A stretch of 64,000 bases of DNA from Candidatus Bruticola sp. (GTDB lineage: Bacteria > Vulcanimicrobiota > Xenobia > Xenobiales > Xenobiaceae). The notes under the pieces were generated by a model. That model ran no database searches. It was not told the origin of the DNA and was given only the letters and a program-made list of their open reading frames with translations. Each line of letters opens with the position of its first letter. The stretch's first letter is position 1. This document shows positions 37,582 through 47,793 of the stretch, in pieces. Made by a program: the position numbers and the translations under genes. The DNA lies in NCBI GenBank assembly GCA_051874735.1, contig JBJEGD010000040.1, positions 26,438 to 90,437 of the forward strand, written 5' to 3'.

Positions 37582-38832
37582 ATGAAGACTGTAGCAATGT
37601 TGTTAGCCGGCGGGGAGGGCTCACGACTCACTGTCCTCTCTGAAAAGAGGGCCAAGCCCGCTGTTCCTTTTGCCGGGAAGTTTCGTATCATTGATTTTAC
37701 CTTGTCGAACTGTGTAAACAGCGGCATCAATACTGTAGGAGTGCTTACTCAGTATCGCCCCCACAGCCTTGCCGATCATATCGGTATTGGCAAGCCTTGG
37801 AATTTAGATCGCAACCGAGGCGGAGTGCGCATCCTGCCCCCTTACCAAGAGCGCGGAGGACAGCATTGGTATGCAGGTACAGCCGATGCTATCTATCAGA
37901 ATCTTGGCTTTATCGAGAGCAATAATGCCGATTTAGTACTTATTCTATCTGGCGATCATATATATAAAATGGATTACAATGCCATGATCGCTGCCCATGT
38001 CGCTAATCATGCCGATTTAACTGTTGCAGTTATGCCTGTGCCCATTGAGGAAACGCATCGCTTCGGTATTATGGTGGTAGATGGAGAGGGACGTATTACT
38101 GAATTTTATGAGAAGCCCAAAGAGCGTGATAAAGGTAATTTAGCTTCTATGGGCATCTATATTTTTAATGCCAGCATTTTAGCAGAGCGGCTTAAAGAGG
38201 ATCCGGGAGTTAAGGTCGATTTCGGTAAAGATATTATTCCTTCTATGGTAGAGCGCGGCGATCGCGTGTTTAGTTATCGCTTTGAAGGTTACTGGGTCGA
38301 TGTCGGCACCATCGATTCCTACTGGAATACTAATTTAGAACTTCTCAAAGATGGTCATGGTCTCGATCTTTACTCCAATAAATTCCCGGTTATGACTCTT
38401 TCCGAAGAGCGTCCGGCGGTAAAGATTGGACCGCAGGCTAAAGTAACTGGTAGTTTGCTCTCCAATGGTTGTGTAATTAGGGGTACAGTTATAAACAGTG
38501 TGCTCTCTCCTGGTGTGTATGTCAGCCCTGGAGCCGTAGTGATGAATTCTGTTCTGATGAACGATACTTGGGTCGGACCAGGAGCTCGTCTGGATAAATT
38601 GGTGCTCGACAAACGCGTTGTCGTAGGCACTGGAGCGCAAGTAGGCGTGGGCGATGAGAGTGTGGCTAACGAAGATATGCCGGATAAACTTTTTGCCGGT
38701 ATAACTGTAGTTGGCAAAGATTCAATCATTCCTGAAGGAGCCAAGATTGGCCGCAATGTACTTATTGGCATCAATAAAGATGAGAAAGATTATCCTGAAG
38801 ACAGAATAGTAGGAGACGGTAAGAGCATTTAA
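37582..38832 (+). CDS. glgC: Glucose-1-phosphate adenylyltransferase, catalytic subunit
   Basis: 'LAGGEGSRL', '[17 protein letters not shown]', 'WYAGTADA', '[11 protein letters not shown]', 'EKP', 'SMGIY', 'YWVDVGT'. Confidence 0.97.
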   Translation: MKTVAMLLAGGEGSRLTVLSEKRAKPAVPFAGKFRIIDFTLSNCVNSGINTVGVLTQYRPHSLADHIGIGKPWNLDRNRGGVRILPPYQERGGQHWYAGTADAIYQNLGFIESNNADLVLILSGDHIYKMDYNAMIAAHVANHADLTVAVMPVPIEETHRFGIMVVDGEGRITEFYEKPKERDKGNLASMGIYIFNASILAERLKEDPGVKVDFGKDIIPSMVERGDRVFSYRFEGYWVDVGTIDSYWNTNLELLKDGHGLDLYSNKFPVMTLSEERPAVKIGPQAKVTGSLLSNGCVIRGTVINSVLSPGVYVSPGAVVMNSVLMNDTWVGPGARLDKLVLDKRVVVGTGAQVGVGDESVANEDMPDKLFAGITVVGKDSIIPEGAKIGRNVLIGINKDEKDYPEDRIVGDGKSI

Positions 38833-38862
38833 CCCGTCTGCGCTCAGACAAAGGAGCAAATT

Positions 38863-40125
38863 ATGTCTAATACATTAGCAATGATTATGGCTGGAGGGGG
38901 CAGTCCCGGCCTAAGTGTGCTTACTGAAGTCCGTGCCGATGCTGCTGTAGAGTTCGCTGGTAAGTTCTGCCTAATCGATTTTCCGCTGTCTAACTGTGTA
39001 AACTCTGATATTTATAATGTGGCTGTATTGACTCAGTACCGTCCTCAAACGCTCAATAGTCATATCGGAACTGGCACTCCCTGGGATCTAGACTTGAATC
39101 AGGGAGGTGTGCATTTACTACAGCCTTACAGAGGCGGGGTCTATGGCGACTGGCAAAAAGGTACTGCCGATGCTGTGCGCCGCAATCTCGATTTTATTAT
39201 GGCGCAAAATGAGGAGTATGTGCTTATCCTGTCTGGAGATCATATTTACTCTATGGATTACCGTCCCTTAATAAACGCCCATATTACTAATAATGCCGAT
39301 GTAACTATTTGTGTACGCAATGTAAGCAGCTTCGATGCTCATCGCTATGGAATGCTTTTGGTTAATAACGATCAGCGTGTCTACGGTTATGAAGAGAAGC
39401 CTAAGCGTTCCCACAGTTGTTTAGCGAATATGGGCATTTATGTCTTCCGCAAAGACTTTTTGGTTAAAATTTTAACTGAGCACGATTTGAACGATTTCGG
39501 TCGCGATTTGCTGCCTTACGTAATAAGCCAGCATCACCGTGTGTTTAGCTATTATTTCCCTGGGTATTGGGCCGATGTCGGCAACATTCAGTCCTATTGG
39601 GAAGCTAATATGAGTTTGCTGGCTGAGGAACCTGCTCTCGATCTCTATGATAGCGGTTGGGTTATCCATACTCGTTCTATGGATCAAGCTCCGGTGCGCA
39701 TCGGTTATCAAGCTAAGGTGGCGGACAATATTCTTTCCAACGGAAGCAAGGTAGACGGTGACGTCAGTCGCAGTGTGATTTCTTCTGGGGTCGTCATTGA
39801 AGAGGGCGCAATAGTTAGGAATAGTATTTTGATGCGCGGCGTTTACGTTAAGAAAGGTTGCGTTATCGATCACTGTATTATCGATTGCGATTGTGTTATT
39901 GGAGAGAATTGTCAAGTTGGTGTGGGCGAAGACATTGTTCCTAACAGAGAAATGCCGAGCGTTTTAAATACTGGTCTTACTCTTATAGGTAAAGCCCGCA
40001 TTTTAGCTCCGGGTACTGTAGTTGGACGCTCCGTCATTATTCACCCAGCCCACGGAGTCAAGATCGCTCCCGAAGTAACGGGTGAAATTGGCAGCGGAGC
40101 CAGTGTTGGTGAAGCTGAGCGTTAG
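38863..40125 (+). CDS. glgD: Glucose-1-phosphate adenylyltransferase, second (GlgD-like) subunit
   Basis: GlgC paralogue with degenerate 'AGGGSPGL' and 'RADAAV' (Arg and Lys of the catalytic motifs lost), in tandem with glgC. Confidence 0.8.
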   Translation: MSNTLAMIMAGGGSPGLSVLTEVRADAAVEFAGKFCLIDFPLSNCVNSDIYNVAVLTQYRPQTLNSHIGTGTPWDLDLNQGGVHLLQPYRGGVYGDWQKGTADAVRRNLDFIMAQNEEYVLILSGDHIYSMDYRPLINAHITNNADVTICVRNVSSFDAHRYGMLLVNNDQRVYGYEEKPKRSHSCLANMGIYVFRKDFLVKILTEHDLNDFGRDLLPYVISQHHRVFSYYFPGYWADVGNIQSYWEANMSLLAEEPALDLYDSGWVIHTRSMDQAPVRIGYQAKVADNILSNGSKVDGDVSRSVISSGVVIEEGAIVRNSILMRGVYVKKGCVIDHCIIDCDCVIGENCQVGVGEDIVPNREMPSVLNTGLTLIGKARILAPGTVVGRSVIIHPAHGVKIAPEVTGEIGSGASVGEAER

Positions 40126-40161
40126 TTAAGCTTTGGTTTTTGAGCTTAAGTAGAATAAAAT

Positions 40162-40213
40162 AAGAAGAGCCGCTTCGCTGCTTAAACTTTAAGAGGGCGA
40201 AGCGGCTCTTCTT
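40162..40213. terminator. Long-stem terminator between convergent glgD and MATE genes
   Basis: AAGAAGAGCCGCTTCGC ... GCGAAGCGGCTCTTCTT, perfect 17-bp inverted repeat. Confidence 0.85.
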
Positions 40214-40224
40214 GTGTCGACTAA

Positions 40225-41637
40225 TCAGTGTTTTGAACGGATCGAGCCCATTAAACGTTTTAACACCAGATAGTAAACGGTAGCTGACATAATGAAGGAA
40301 AATACTTCAGCAGTTGGTTGGCCGCTGATAACGCCGAACATACCGAAATAATGATCGAACAGCAAGGTAATGGCTATATTAAATAAGCCAAGACGCACGG
40401 CTGAAAGGGTGAAAGAAGCTTTGCCTAAACTCATAGCTTGCAGACCGTAGACTATTAAAAAATTAATTACGGTCAGCGGTACTCCCAGGCTAGCTAGGCG
40501 CAGGAATTTGGCTCCTAAAGTTATGGTAGCTTCATGATCTATAAAGAGAGAGATAATTTCTCGGGAGAAGATCCAGGAAACGGCCACACAACCGGCTGAG
40601 AAAATTAGACTGCTGATCCAGGCAAATTTAGTTATATCCCACATGCGCCGGTAATTTTTTGAGGCGTAGTTATAGCCGACCAACGGCATATAACCTTGAC
40701 ATATGCCCATGCTGATATTGATAGGTAGCATCTCAATCTTTTTGACGATGCCGAAAGCGGCTATCGGCACGTCGCCGTATTGGGCTGAGAGGCGTACGAT
40801 CATAAAGTTGCCGATGCCGGCCAAGAGGGTATTGGCTGCTGAACTAGCTCCTATGGAAACGACTGGCCAGAAGCACTGCCAACGGTAGTGATGCGGATTA
40901 AGTGACAGGCTGGTACTATTTTGGCGGCGCAAGCGAATCATAATAAAAACAAAGTAAGCGCAAGAAATTAAGCCGGAAATTAAGGTAGCTGCTGCTGCTC
41001 CAGCTATGCCCATTTTTAATATGGATATAAAAATAGGATCTAATAAAATATTAAGAATACCGCCCAGCATAAGTCCGAAGCTAGCTTGTTTAGCGTGGCC
41101 ATCGCTGCGCAGTAAATTGGCTGTGCCCAAATTAACCGCAGTAGGTACAGCCCCTATAGTAACCACATAGAACATATAGCAGCGAGCGTAATCTATGGTG
41201 CCGCTGCCGGCTCCTAATGTATATAAAATTTGATCTAAGAAGAAATAGCTGATTACTGAATATAGCAGGGCGGAGGCTATAATAGTATAAAAACTGAAAG
41301 CGCTCACGTGTTTTACTTCTGCTTCTTTACCCGCTCCCAACAGGCGGGAAATAACGCTGGCCCCACCTAAACCGAAAAGGTTGCCGATGGCGTTTAAAGA
41401 GTAAAACAGGGGAAAAGTTAAAGACAGGGCTGCTACCATATAGGGGTTGTTTAACTGTCCTATAAAGTAAATATCAGCCGCATTGTAAAGAACTGTAATT
41501 AGCTGGCTAAGAATAGTGGGAACTGAAAGAACGGTGACAGCTTTAGCTGCCGACATCTGCTCAAATAGTTCCTTGTTTGTGGCAGTATTTTCAATTTGAC
41601 TGCTTTCGGCATCATGATACGGTTGATTAATAGGCAT
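40225..41637 (-). CDS. MATE family efflux transporter (MepA-like)
   Basis: 'P.ILSQL...YNAADIYFIG', 'LRSDG', 'NILLDPIFI', 'GIAGAAAAT', 'PLVGYNYA'. Confidence 0.93.
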   Translation of the reverse strand: MPINQPYHDAESSQIENTATNKELFEQMSAAKAVTVLSVPTILSQLITVLYNAADIYFIGQLNNPYMVAALSLTFPLFYSLNAIGNLFGLGGASVISRLLGAGKEAEVKHVSAFSFYTIIASALLYSVISYFFLDQILYTLGAGSGTIDYARCYMFYVVTIGAVPTAVNLGTANLLRSDGHAKQASFGLMLGGILNILLDPIFISILKMGIAGAAAATLISGLISCAYFVFIMIRLRRQNSTSLSLNPHHYRWQCFWPVVSIGASSAANTLLAGIGNFMIVRLSAQYGDVPIAAFGIVKKIEMLPINISMGICQGYMPLVGYNYASKNYRRMWDITKFAWISSLIFSAGCVAVSWIFSREIISLFIDHEATITLGAKFLRLASLGVPLTVINFLIVYGLQAMSLGKASFTLSAVRLGLFNIAITLLFDHYFGMFGVISGQPTAEVFSFIMSATVYYLVLKRLMGSIRSKH

Positions 41638-41663
41638 AATACAGAGAAAAAGAGAGGCAGCAG

Positions 41664-42209
41664 TCAGTGATGCTGAGCTAAATATTCTTGAAACTCTTTA
41701 GTTTTAGACCAATACTTTATGCCCCAATTTTCAAAATTCCACTCCTCCATATAGTTATTGCATTCATAATCAATGTAAAAAAGTTTTCTGCGATATACGA
41801 CAAAATTAGTCGGGAAATAGTCAATGTTTATGCCCCTTGGATAAAGTAGAGCACACATATCTCGAACTTGGCGCAGATAATCGTCGTCCATTTTGTCTTG
41901 CTGAACACATTCAAAAATAGTTGGCCCAGGGATGTACTCTTTAAGAATGCGCTCATTAGTTATATCTGCCTCAATAAGTTTCGGCAAAGGCAAACCTAAA
42001 GAAGCCAATTTGGCGTAATCATTTAATTCGCTGGCCATTTTATCGCCGAACTGGTAATAAGAGCAAGGTTCGTGATGAATTTGTTTGACGACAAATTGTG
42101 CGCTTCCACTCTCCTGCTTAGGTGAGGCTAAGTAAGAATAGCCGCCTTTGCCTTTGCCGAGCAGTTTCTCGAGGTAAAACTCTTTTCCGTTGACGCTGAT
42201 TGTATCCAT
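41664..42209 (-). CDS. Minimal protein-kinase-like fold protein
   Basis: Gly loop 'LLGKGKGGYSY', 'VVKQ' Lys, 'KEYIPG', catalytic-loop-like 'IDYFPTNF', 'IDYE'. Confidence 0.65.
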   Translation of the reverse strand: MDTISVNGKEFYLEKLLGKGKGGYSYLASPKQESGSAQFVVKQIHHEPCSYYQFGDKMASELNDYAKLASLGLPLPKLIEADITNERILKEYIPGPTIFECVQQDKMDDDYLRQVRDMCALLYPRGINIDYFPTNFVVYRRKLFYIDYECNNYMEEWNFENWGIKYWSKTKEFQEYLAQHH

Positions 42210-42236
42210 GTTTTATCTACAATAAAAACAACCTTT

Positions 42237-43583
42237 CTAGTATTTTAGCACCCTCTTTTGGTACTGGCCGCAGCCGGGATGACCTAAGAACTGTCCATCT
42301 TTAATGAGTATTTGTCCTCGAACCATAACTATATCGGGTTTGGAAGAAACTTGGCGTCCTTCGTAAGGAGACCAATCAGCTTTTTCGTGTAAAGTGGCAG
42401 CTGAAATAGTGTAAGGCTCGCGGCTCCAAATAACGATATCTGCATCTAATCCGATTTGCAGAGCCCCTTTATTATTTAATCCCATTATGCGAGCAGGATT
42501 TGTACAGCAGACTTCTACCCAGCGTTGCAGGCTCAACTGAGGCAAATCTTTAATCAACATGAAGCGTGTTTCTACTGAGCTCAGGCCGCCAGGCACTTTG
42601 TTGAAACTGTCAGGACGCTGTTTTTCAGCCTTAGTAAAGGGGCAGTGATCGCTTGACACTGAATTGAGACTTCCCGCAGCCAGCGCTTCAGCTAAGGGGA
42701 GTTGTTGACCTTGAGGACGGATAGGAGGAGAACAAATCGGCAGCGATCCTAGAACATCAAAAATAGAACTGTCCAGGCAGGTGTAGTGGGGACAGGTTTC
42801 AGCAAAGACGGTTTGGCCGCGTCGATGCGCCTCAGCTATAGGCGGCAGATCTTCAGCGCAACTTTGATGGAATAAAAAGATTTTTGATTTAGTTGCATAA
42901 GCAATATCTAAAACGCGGCGTACCGCTTCTCCCTCAGCCCAAGCCGGGCGACACCTGGGATGATTTTGCGGTTTAGTCTTACCGTTAGCTATAGAGCTTC
43001 TAATCAGCTCTTGAATTAAGGGCCAGTTTTCAGCATGAACTAGTGGCAGGCCGCCTGCTTCAGCAATTGTTTTAAAAGACCGGTAGAGCTGACCGTCATC
43101 GAGAGTAAAAGCATAAGCGGTGTAATGTTTAAAAGTTGGGCAGCCATCTTCTACAATCGACTTTACTTCCGCTAAATTGTCTATATCGTGGGGGAGGATT
43201 GACATATGCAGACTGAAGTCGGTGCAGGCCTGTTTCTGAGCTTCCTGGCAGCGTCTGTCTAAAGCCTCTTTCATACTTTGGCCGTTTTTAGTTTCGACAA
43301 AATCCATGGTTGTAGTAGTGCCGCCAAAAAGGGCCGCCTCTGTACCTGAAGCAAAAGTGTCGCTAGTCCAACAGCCTCCCACAAAGTAGCTCATGTGAGC
43401 GTGTACGTCGACGCCTCCAGGAGTAACTAGTCGCTCTTGGGCGTCTATAACTGCTGTATTTTCATTTTTTAAGAAGTTCAGATCTTGGCCCAAAGCACAA
43501 ATGGTGCCTTTATTAACAGCTATATCGCCTTTAAATACTTGGTTGTTGGTGACTATTAAACCGTTGGTTATTAGCAAATCCAT
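42237..43583 (-). CDS. hydA: Dihydropyrimidinase/hydantoinase (amidohydrolase)
   Basis: 'PGGVDVHAH', 'GTEAALFGGTTT', Lys in 'TFK', 'VHAEN', 'ETCPHY', 'CSPPIR', 'SSDHCPF'. Confidence 0.88.
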   Translation of the reverse strand: MDLLITNGLIVTNNQVFKGDIAVNKGTICALGQDLNFLKNENTAVIDAQERLVTPGGVDVHAHMSYFVGGCWTSDTFASGTEAALFGGTTTTMDFVETKNGQSMKEALDRRCQEAQKQACTDFSLHMSILPHDIDNLAEVKSIVEDGCPTFKHYTAYAFTLDDGQLYRSFKTIAEAGGLPLVHAENWPLIQELIRSSIANGKTKPQNHPRCRPAWAEGEAVRRVLDIAYATKSKIFLFHQSCAEDLPPIAEAHRRGQTVFAETCPHYTCLDSSIFDVLGSLPICSPPIRPQGQQLPLAEALAAGSLNSVSSDHCPFTKAEKQRPDSFNKVPGGLSSVETRFMLIKDLPQLSLQRWVEVCCTNPARIMGLNNKGALQIGLDADIVIWSREPYTISAATLHEKADWSPYEGRQVSSKPDIVMVRGQILIKDGQFLGHPGCGQYQKRVLKY

Positions 43584-43638
43584 ATTCTATTCCTCTGCTG
43601 CAGCTAAAAAAGAACATTTATTGAGAAATAATTAAAAC

Positions 43639-43695
43639 AAAAGCGCCTTCTCGGCGGCAGTCCTCTCTATTGGAGAGGCCGACTAAAAAGGCGCT
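43639..43695 (-). terminator. Hairpin downstream of aspS (probable terminator)
   Basis: Outer stem AGCGCCTT...AAGGCGCT, inner CCTCTC/GAGAGG, A-run on the left. Confidence 0.55.
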
Positions 43696-43741
43696 CAGTA
43701 AAGCTGCCCGATTAACAATACAGTCAGCTGGGCTAAAAAAA

Positions 43742-45532
43742 TTACAGATCGTATTTTAAGTGGACAAGTTTCATTTGTTCGTCAGTAACTACTACGGGAG
43801 CGCCAGTCATCAAATCGACGCCGTTAGTATTCTTAGGGAAGGCGATAACTTCGCGTATAGAAGTTTCGCTGGCCAGGAGAGCGGTAAGACGATCTAACCC
43901 TAAAGCTATGCCTGCGTGAGGAGGAGCGCCGTAGCCGAAAGCGTTAAGCAGGAAGCCGAACTTTTCTTCAGCTTCTTCCATAGAGAGTCCGATGCACTTC
44001 AAAATACGCTCTTGCATAGTGCGCTGGTGAATACGCACAGAACCGGAGGCCAACTCACAGCCGTTGAGCACCAAATCGTAGGCAGCGGCGCGCACTTCTA
44101 AAGGTTTAGTCTCTAATTTGTCCATATCGTTGGGCAGAGGGCTGGTGAAGGGATGGTGCTCCGCTTCTAAACGGTTCTCTTCTTCGTTCCAGGAGAACAT
44201 GGGGAAGTCGATAACCCACAGGAATTTAAATTCTTTGGGATCGAGCAAATTCAGATGATTAGCTACATCTAAACGCACTTTACCCAGGGACAGACTGAGA
44301 TCTTTGCTAGGGCCAGCAGCCAGAACTAACAGATCGCCAACTTGGGCGCCGCTGACTTGGCACAACTGCATAAGCTTTTCTTCGCCCAAGAATTTCAGCA
44401 GACTGGATTTTACGCCGTCCTCAGTACGACTAATAAAGAAAAGTCCGGGCAGCTTAGCCGCTATAGCAAAACTCTTGAAAAGATCTTGCTCTTTGCGAGT
44501 AGCTTTACCTTGTCCTTTGATAACGAAACCTTTCACAGCCTGACCAGCTTCGATAGCCTGATCAAAAGCGCCAAATCCAGTTTTGCCGATGAGGTCGGTA
44601 AAATTCTGAATAACCATATCTACACGCAGCTCGGGTTTATCTGAACCGTATTTTTCAATAGCTTCAGAGTAGGGCATGCGGGGAAGCTGTTCGGGAATGG
44701 GAATATTGAGAGTTTTTACAAACAAATGTTGAATGAGCCCTTCGATCATGTTGAGGATGTCGTCGCGCTCAACAAAAGACATTTCCATGTCTATTTGGGT
44801 AAATTCCGGCTGTCTGTCAGCGCGCAGATCTTCATCGCGGAAGCAGCGGGCAATTTGGAAATAGCGATCGAGGCCGCTGACCATAAGCATTTGTTTATAA
44901 AGCTGGGGAGACTGAGGCAAAGCGTAGAATTTGCCTGGATTGACGCGGCTAGGCACTAAATAATCGCGGGCTCCTTCAGGAGTTGAAGCCATCAAAACTG
45001 GAGTCTCAATCTCGTAGAAGCCGTTAGCATCGAAGTAATCGCGCACCGCTTTCGCTACCCGGTGGCGCAGAGCTAAGTTGCGCACCATGCGAGGTTTGCG
45101 CAAATCGAGATAACGATATTGCATGCGCAAGCCTTCATCGGGAGCCTGATCGTCGGAGATATGGATCGGCAAAGTTTTGCAAGGATTAAGGATGTGCAGC
45201 TCTTCCACATTTACTTCTATATCTTTGGTGGGCAGAGTTTCATTAGTAGAAGGAACTGCGCGGGGAGCTACGGTGCCGACGACAGCAATTACAAATTCGT
45301 TGCGCAGGCTACCGGCTTTAGCGAAAACTTCAGGAGTAACGGATTGATTGAAAACACACTGAGTCATGCCGCTGCGGTCGCGCAAATCGACAAAGATTAA
45401 ACCGCCTAAATCTCGGCGTCGGTCAACCCAACCCATAAGTACGACTTTTTGGCCTGCATCGGCCAGGCGCAGAGCACCGCAGTAATGTGTGCGCTTCAGA
45501 CCATTTAAAGGTTCAGGGCTGAACTCTGACAT
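43742..45532 (-). CDS. aspS: Aspartate--tRNA ligase
   Basis: 'KRTHYCG', 'GWVDRRRDLGGLIFVDLRD', 'TPEGARDY', 'LPQSPQ', 'FRDEDLRADRQPEFTQ', 'GAPPHAGIALGLDR'. AGAGGAG RBS precedes ATG 45532. Confidence 0.98.
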   Translation of the reverse strand: MSEFSPEPLNGLKRTHYCGALRLADAGQKVVLMGWVDRRRDLGGLIFVDLRDRSGMTQCVFNQSVTPEVFAKAGSLRNEFVIAVVGTVAPRAVPSTNETLPTKDIEVNVEELHILNPCKTLPIHISDDQAPDEGLRMQYRYLDLRKPRMVRNLALRHRVAKAVRDYFDANGFYEIETPVLMASTPEGARDYLVPSRVNPGKFYALPQSPQLYKQMLMVSGLDRYFQIARCFRDEDLRADRQPEFTQIDMEMSFVERDDILNMIEGLIQHLFVKTLNIPIPEQLPRMPYSEAIEKYGSDKPELRVDMVIQNFTDLIGKTGFGAFDQAIEAGQAVKGFVIKGQGKATRKEQDLFKSFAIAAKLPGLFFISRTEDGVKSSLLKFLGEEKLMQLCQVSGAQVGDLLVLAAGPSKDLSLSLGKVRLDVANHLNLLDPKEFKFLWVIDFPMFSWNEEENRLEAEHHPFTSPLPNDMDKLETKPLEVRAAAYDLVLNGCELASGSVRIHQRTMQERILKCIGLSMEEAEEKFGFLLNAFGYGAPPHAGIALGLDRLTALLASETSIREVIAFPKNTNGVDLMTGAPVVVTDEQMKLVHLKYDL

Positions 45533-45780
45533 ATATTTCTCTCCTCTGGCTGCCATTTTTTTTGCTTATGATTTACTCAAGAGGCAGCTGTAAAAAAATA
45601 AAAAGACAATAATATAAAAATATTTTGGCTGCAGACTGAAAAACAGAGCTGACAGCTAAAAAGCTCGGCAATAACCGCCCCAGCCAAGCTGTCGGCCACT
45701 TAGAACACAACCTGGCCGGAATTTCTAAGCTTGATGTTCTTCTCCTGCGTTAGGTTGGCGCCAGAGAGAACGGACCAGCA

Positions 45781-46890
45781 CTAAAAGGAATCGGAATTTA
45801 TCTGTTCTGCGTCGGTGGGAACAACCGCTTCAGAAAGATTCCAGGCCAGACTATCAGTCATCAGCTCATCAAGAGCGTGGAAAATTTTCTCTAGCGACGA
45901 GGTCGGCTCTTGCTTCACTATAGAACGGTGAGCCACTTGCCAAGGAGCCCACTGTTGCGTGTTTAGGGAGGCTGTCTGGGGTTCGTAGACGGCTACGACA
46001 GGCTTTTTGAGAGCTGCAGCTAAATGGACCGCTCCCGTGTCTGGAGTAACCACAAAATCGATACTGTTGAAGAGAGTGGCCCAGCGGCGGAAACTTAGAT
46101 TGCCTATAAAGTGGACATCTTCACTAGTCATTTTAGGTTGGGGAGCAAAATTTTTTAGAGCTGTCTGCAGATTGTCGGCCAGTTCTCGTTCAGCTGATCC
46201 GTAGCAGATTATCAAGTCGCCGCCGCGGGAAGTCATAATCAGCCCTCCGGCCAGACGCGCTAGATTATTGACCGTCCAACCGCAGCTCAACCAATTATTA
46301 TGGAGCTGCAGCAGCACAGTGGGACGCTTCCACTTTTCGTTCATTTGCTGAGAAAGAGCCACTTCATTAGCGCTTAACTGCAAAGATAGGGAGTCGTCTT
46401 CATAAGTTAAGCCCATATTTTTGGCCAGCTCGCCAAGTTGCTGAACTTCGTGGGGAATAGGATGGGATAGAGACAGCTCTTTATTTAGATTGATGCTCAT
46501 ACTGTGAGTTAGGTACAGAGCTGTGCACATAATGGCCGTAAGCGGACGACTAGGATAAAAATAGCCGACTCGGAGGGGAGCCTTAGTAGCGTAAGCGAGT
46601 TTATAAGCACAAGTTCTGGGAGCCAAGCATACGGTAAGATCGGCTTTTAAAGAGCGCAACTCTTCCTCTAAAGCGCTGTTTGGTTTACCTTCGTAAGAAA
46701 TAATTCTATCGATAAAACTTACATTTTCCAGTACAGAAGCGGTATAAGCTGGCAAAACCATAATAATCTCCGCTTGAGGAGCACCGGCGCGTAAGGCTTT
46801 AAGAAAGGGAGTAGAAAGTATAAGATCGCCGATATGGTCGGTTCTTATAACTATTATTTTTTTTATTCCTGACCAAGGAATTGCTTTCAT
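45781..46890 (-). CDS. Glycosyltransferase family 9 (LPS heptosyltransferase-like)
   Basis: 'IRTDHIGDLILSTP', 'TPDTGAVHLAAA'. Confidence 0.9.
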   Translation of the reverse strand: MKAIPWSGIKKIIVIRTDHIGDLILSTPFLKALRAGAPQAEIIMVLPAYTASVLENVSFIDRIISYEGKPNSALEEELRSLKADLTVCLAPRTCAYKLAYATKAPLRVGYFYPSRPLTAIMCTALYLTHSMSINLNKELSLSHPIPHEVQQLGELAKNMGLTYEDDSLSLQLSANEVALSQQMNEKWKRPTVLLQLHNNWLSCGWTVNNLARLAGGLIMTSRGGDLIICYGSAERELADNLQTALKNFAPQPKMTSEDVHFIGNLSFRRWATLFNSIDFVVTPDTGAVHLAAALKKPVVAVYEPQTASLNTQQWAPWQVAHRSIVKQEPTSSLEKIFHALDELMTDSLAWNLSEAVVPTDAEQINSDSF

Positions 46891-46908
46891 GGCCTGATCA
46901 GATACCTC

Positions 46909-47793
46909 CTATTGTCCCATAGCCTCTTTCATGCCGCCGACATAGTAGTACTGATAAACTATTTCGCGGGCTAATTTCACCTTAGGAGCTAAAGCTTCCA
47001 GCCAGTTGAGAATAAATTTATAGCGTTTCAGAAAAGAGTGGGCCAGCATAGAGAGAGGATTCATGCCCATTTGTAGACTGATGCGCAGATCGTGATATTT
47101 GCGGTAAAAACGTACCGTAGAGTGGCCGGCTAAGCGCATTCTTCCTTTTTGCTCTTCAAAACCGACAGGATGCCAATGGTAATTGATAGCTTGGGGAGCG
47201 TAATAAATTTGGCAGCCTGATTTGATTAGACGGTAGCCCAATTCCAGATCTTCGTGGCCGTACCCTTGGAAAGCTAAGTCAAAACCGCCTACTTTAACTA
47301 AAAGTTCGCGGGATACAGAAGCATTGCCGGTGAGGAAGTAATGCCAGGGCAAAAGTTTACGGGAAGCTTTGTGGCGGGAATGGGCAGCCGGATCTTGGGA
47401 AAATAACCGGTATTCATTTAGATCTTTGACCTGAATTTCGTTACCTACTACAGCTTGCCCCGGATGCTGTTCATGGTAGCGGCCATGAACGGCTAGTAAG
47501 TTGGGGTCAGCTATAATATCGGCGTCGGTAAAAAGAACGATCTCACCTTTGGCGTTGTCTATGCCACGATTTCTAGCGCCGCTTCGTCCGGTATTGGGGC
47601 CAGGCAGAAAGTGCAAGTTGGGGGCTTGTATACTCTGCACATATTCAGCTGTGCCGTCAGTACTGCCGGCGTCGCAGAGCAGAATTTCGTAATTGTCGGG
47701 ATGCATGGTTTGGTTGAGCAAAGAAGGGAGCACTTCTTTTAGCTTATCTGCTCGGTTATAAGTGGGAATTACTACGCTGATTTTTATGGACAT
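46909..47793 (-). CDS. Glycosyltransferase family 2
   Basis: 'SVVIPTYNR', 'DAGSTDGT', 'ARNRG', 'FTDAD', 'GGFD..F.GYGHEDLELG'. Confidence 0.93.
   Translation of the reverse strand: MSIKISVVIPTYNRADKLKEVLPSLLNQTMHPDNYEILLCDAGSTDGTAEYVQSIQAPNLHFLPGPNTGRSGARNRGIDNAKGEIVLFTDADIIADPNLLAVHGRYHEQHPGQAVVGNEIQVKDLNEYRLFSQDPAAHSRHKASRKLLPWHYFLTGNASVSRELLVKVGGFDLAFQGYGHEDLELGYRLIKSGCQIYYAPQAINYHWHPVGFEEQKGRMRLAGHSTVRFYRKYHDLRISLQMGMNPLSMLAHSFLKRYKFILNWLEALAPKVKLAREIVYQYYYVGGMKEAMGQ

Noticed and set aside
45557-45780. T-box riboswitch upstream of aspS
   Set aside because: No T-box consensus (GGTGGNACCGCG) on the minus strand; only generic hairpins.
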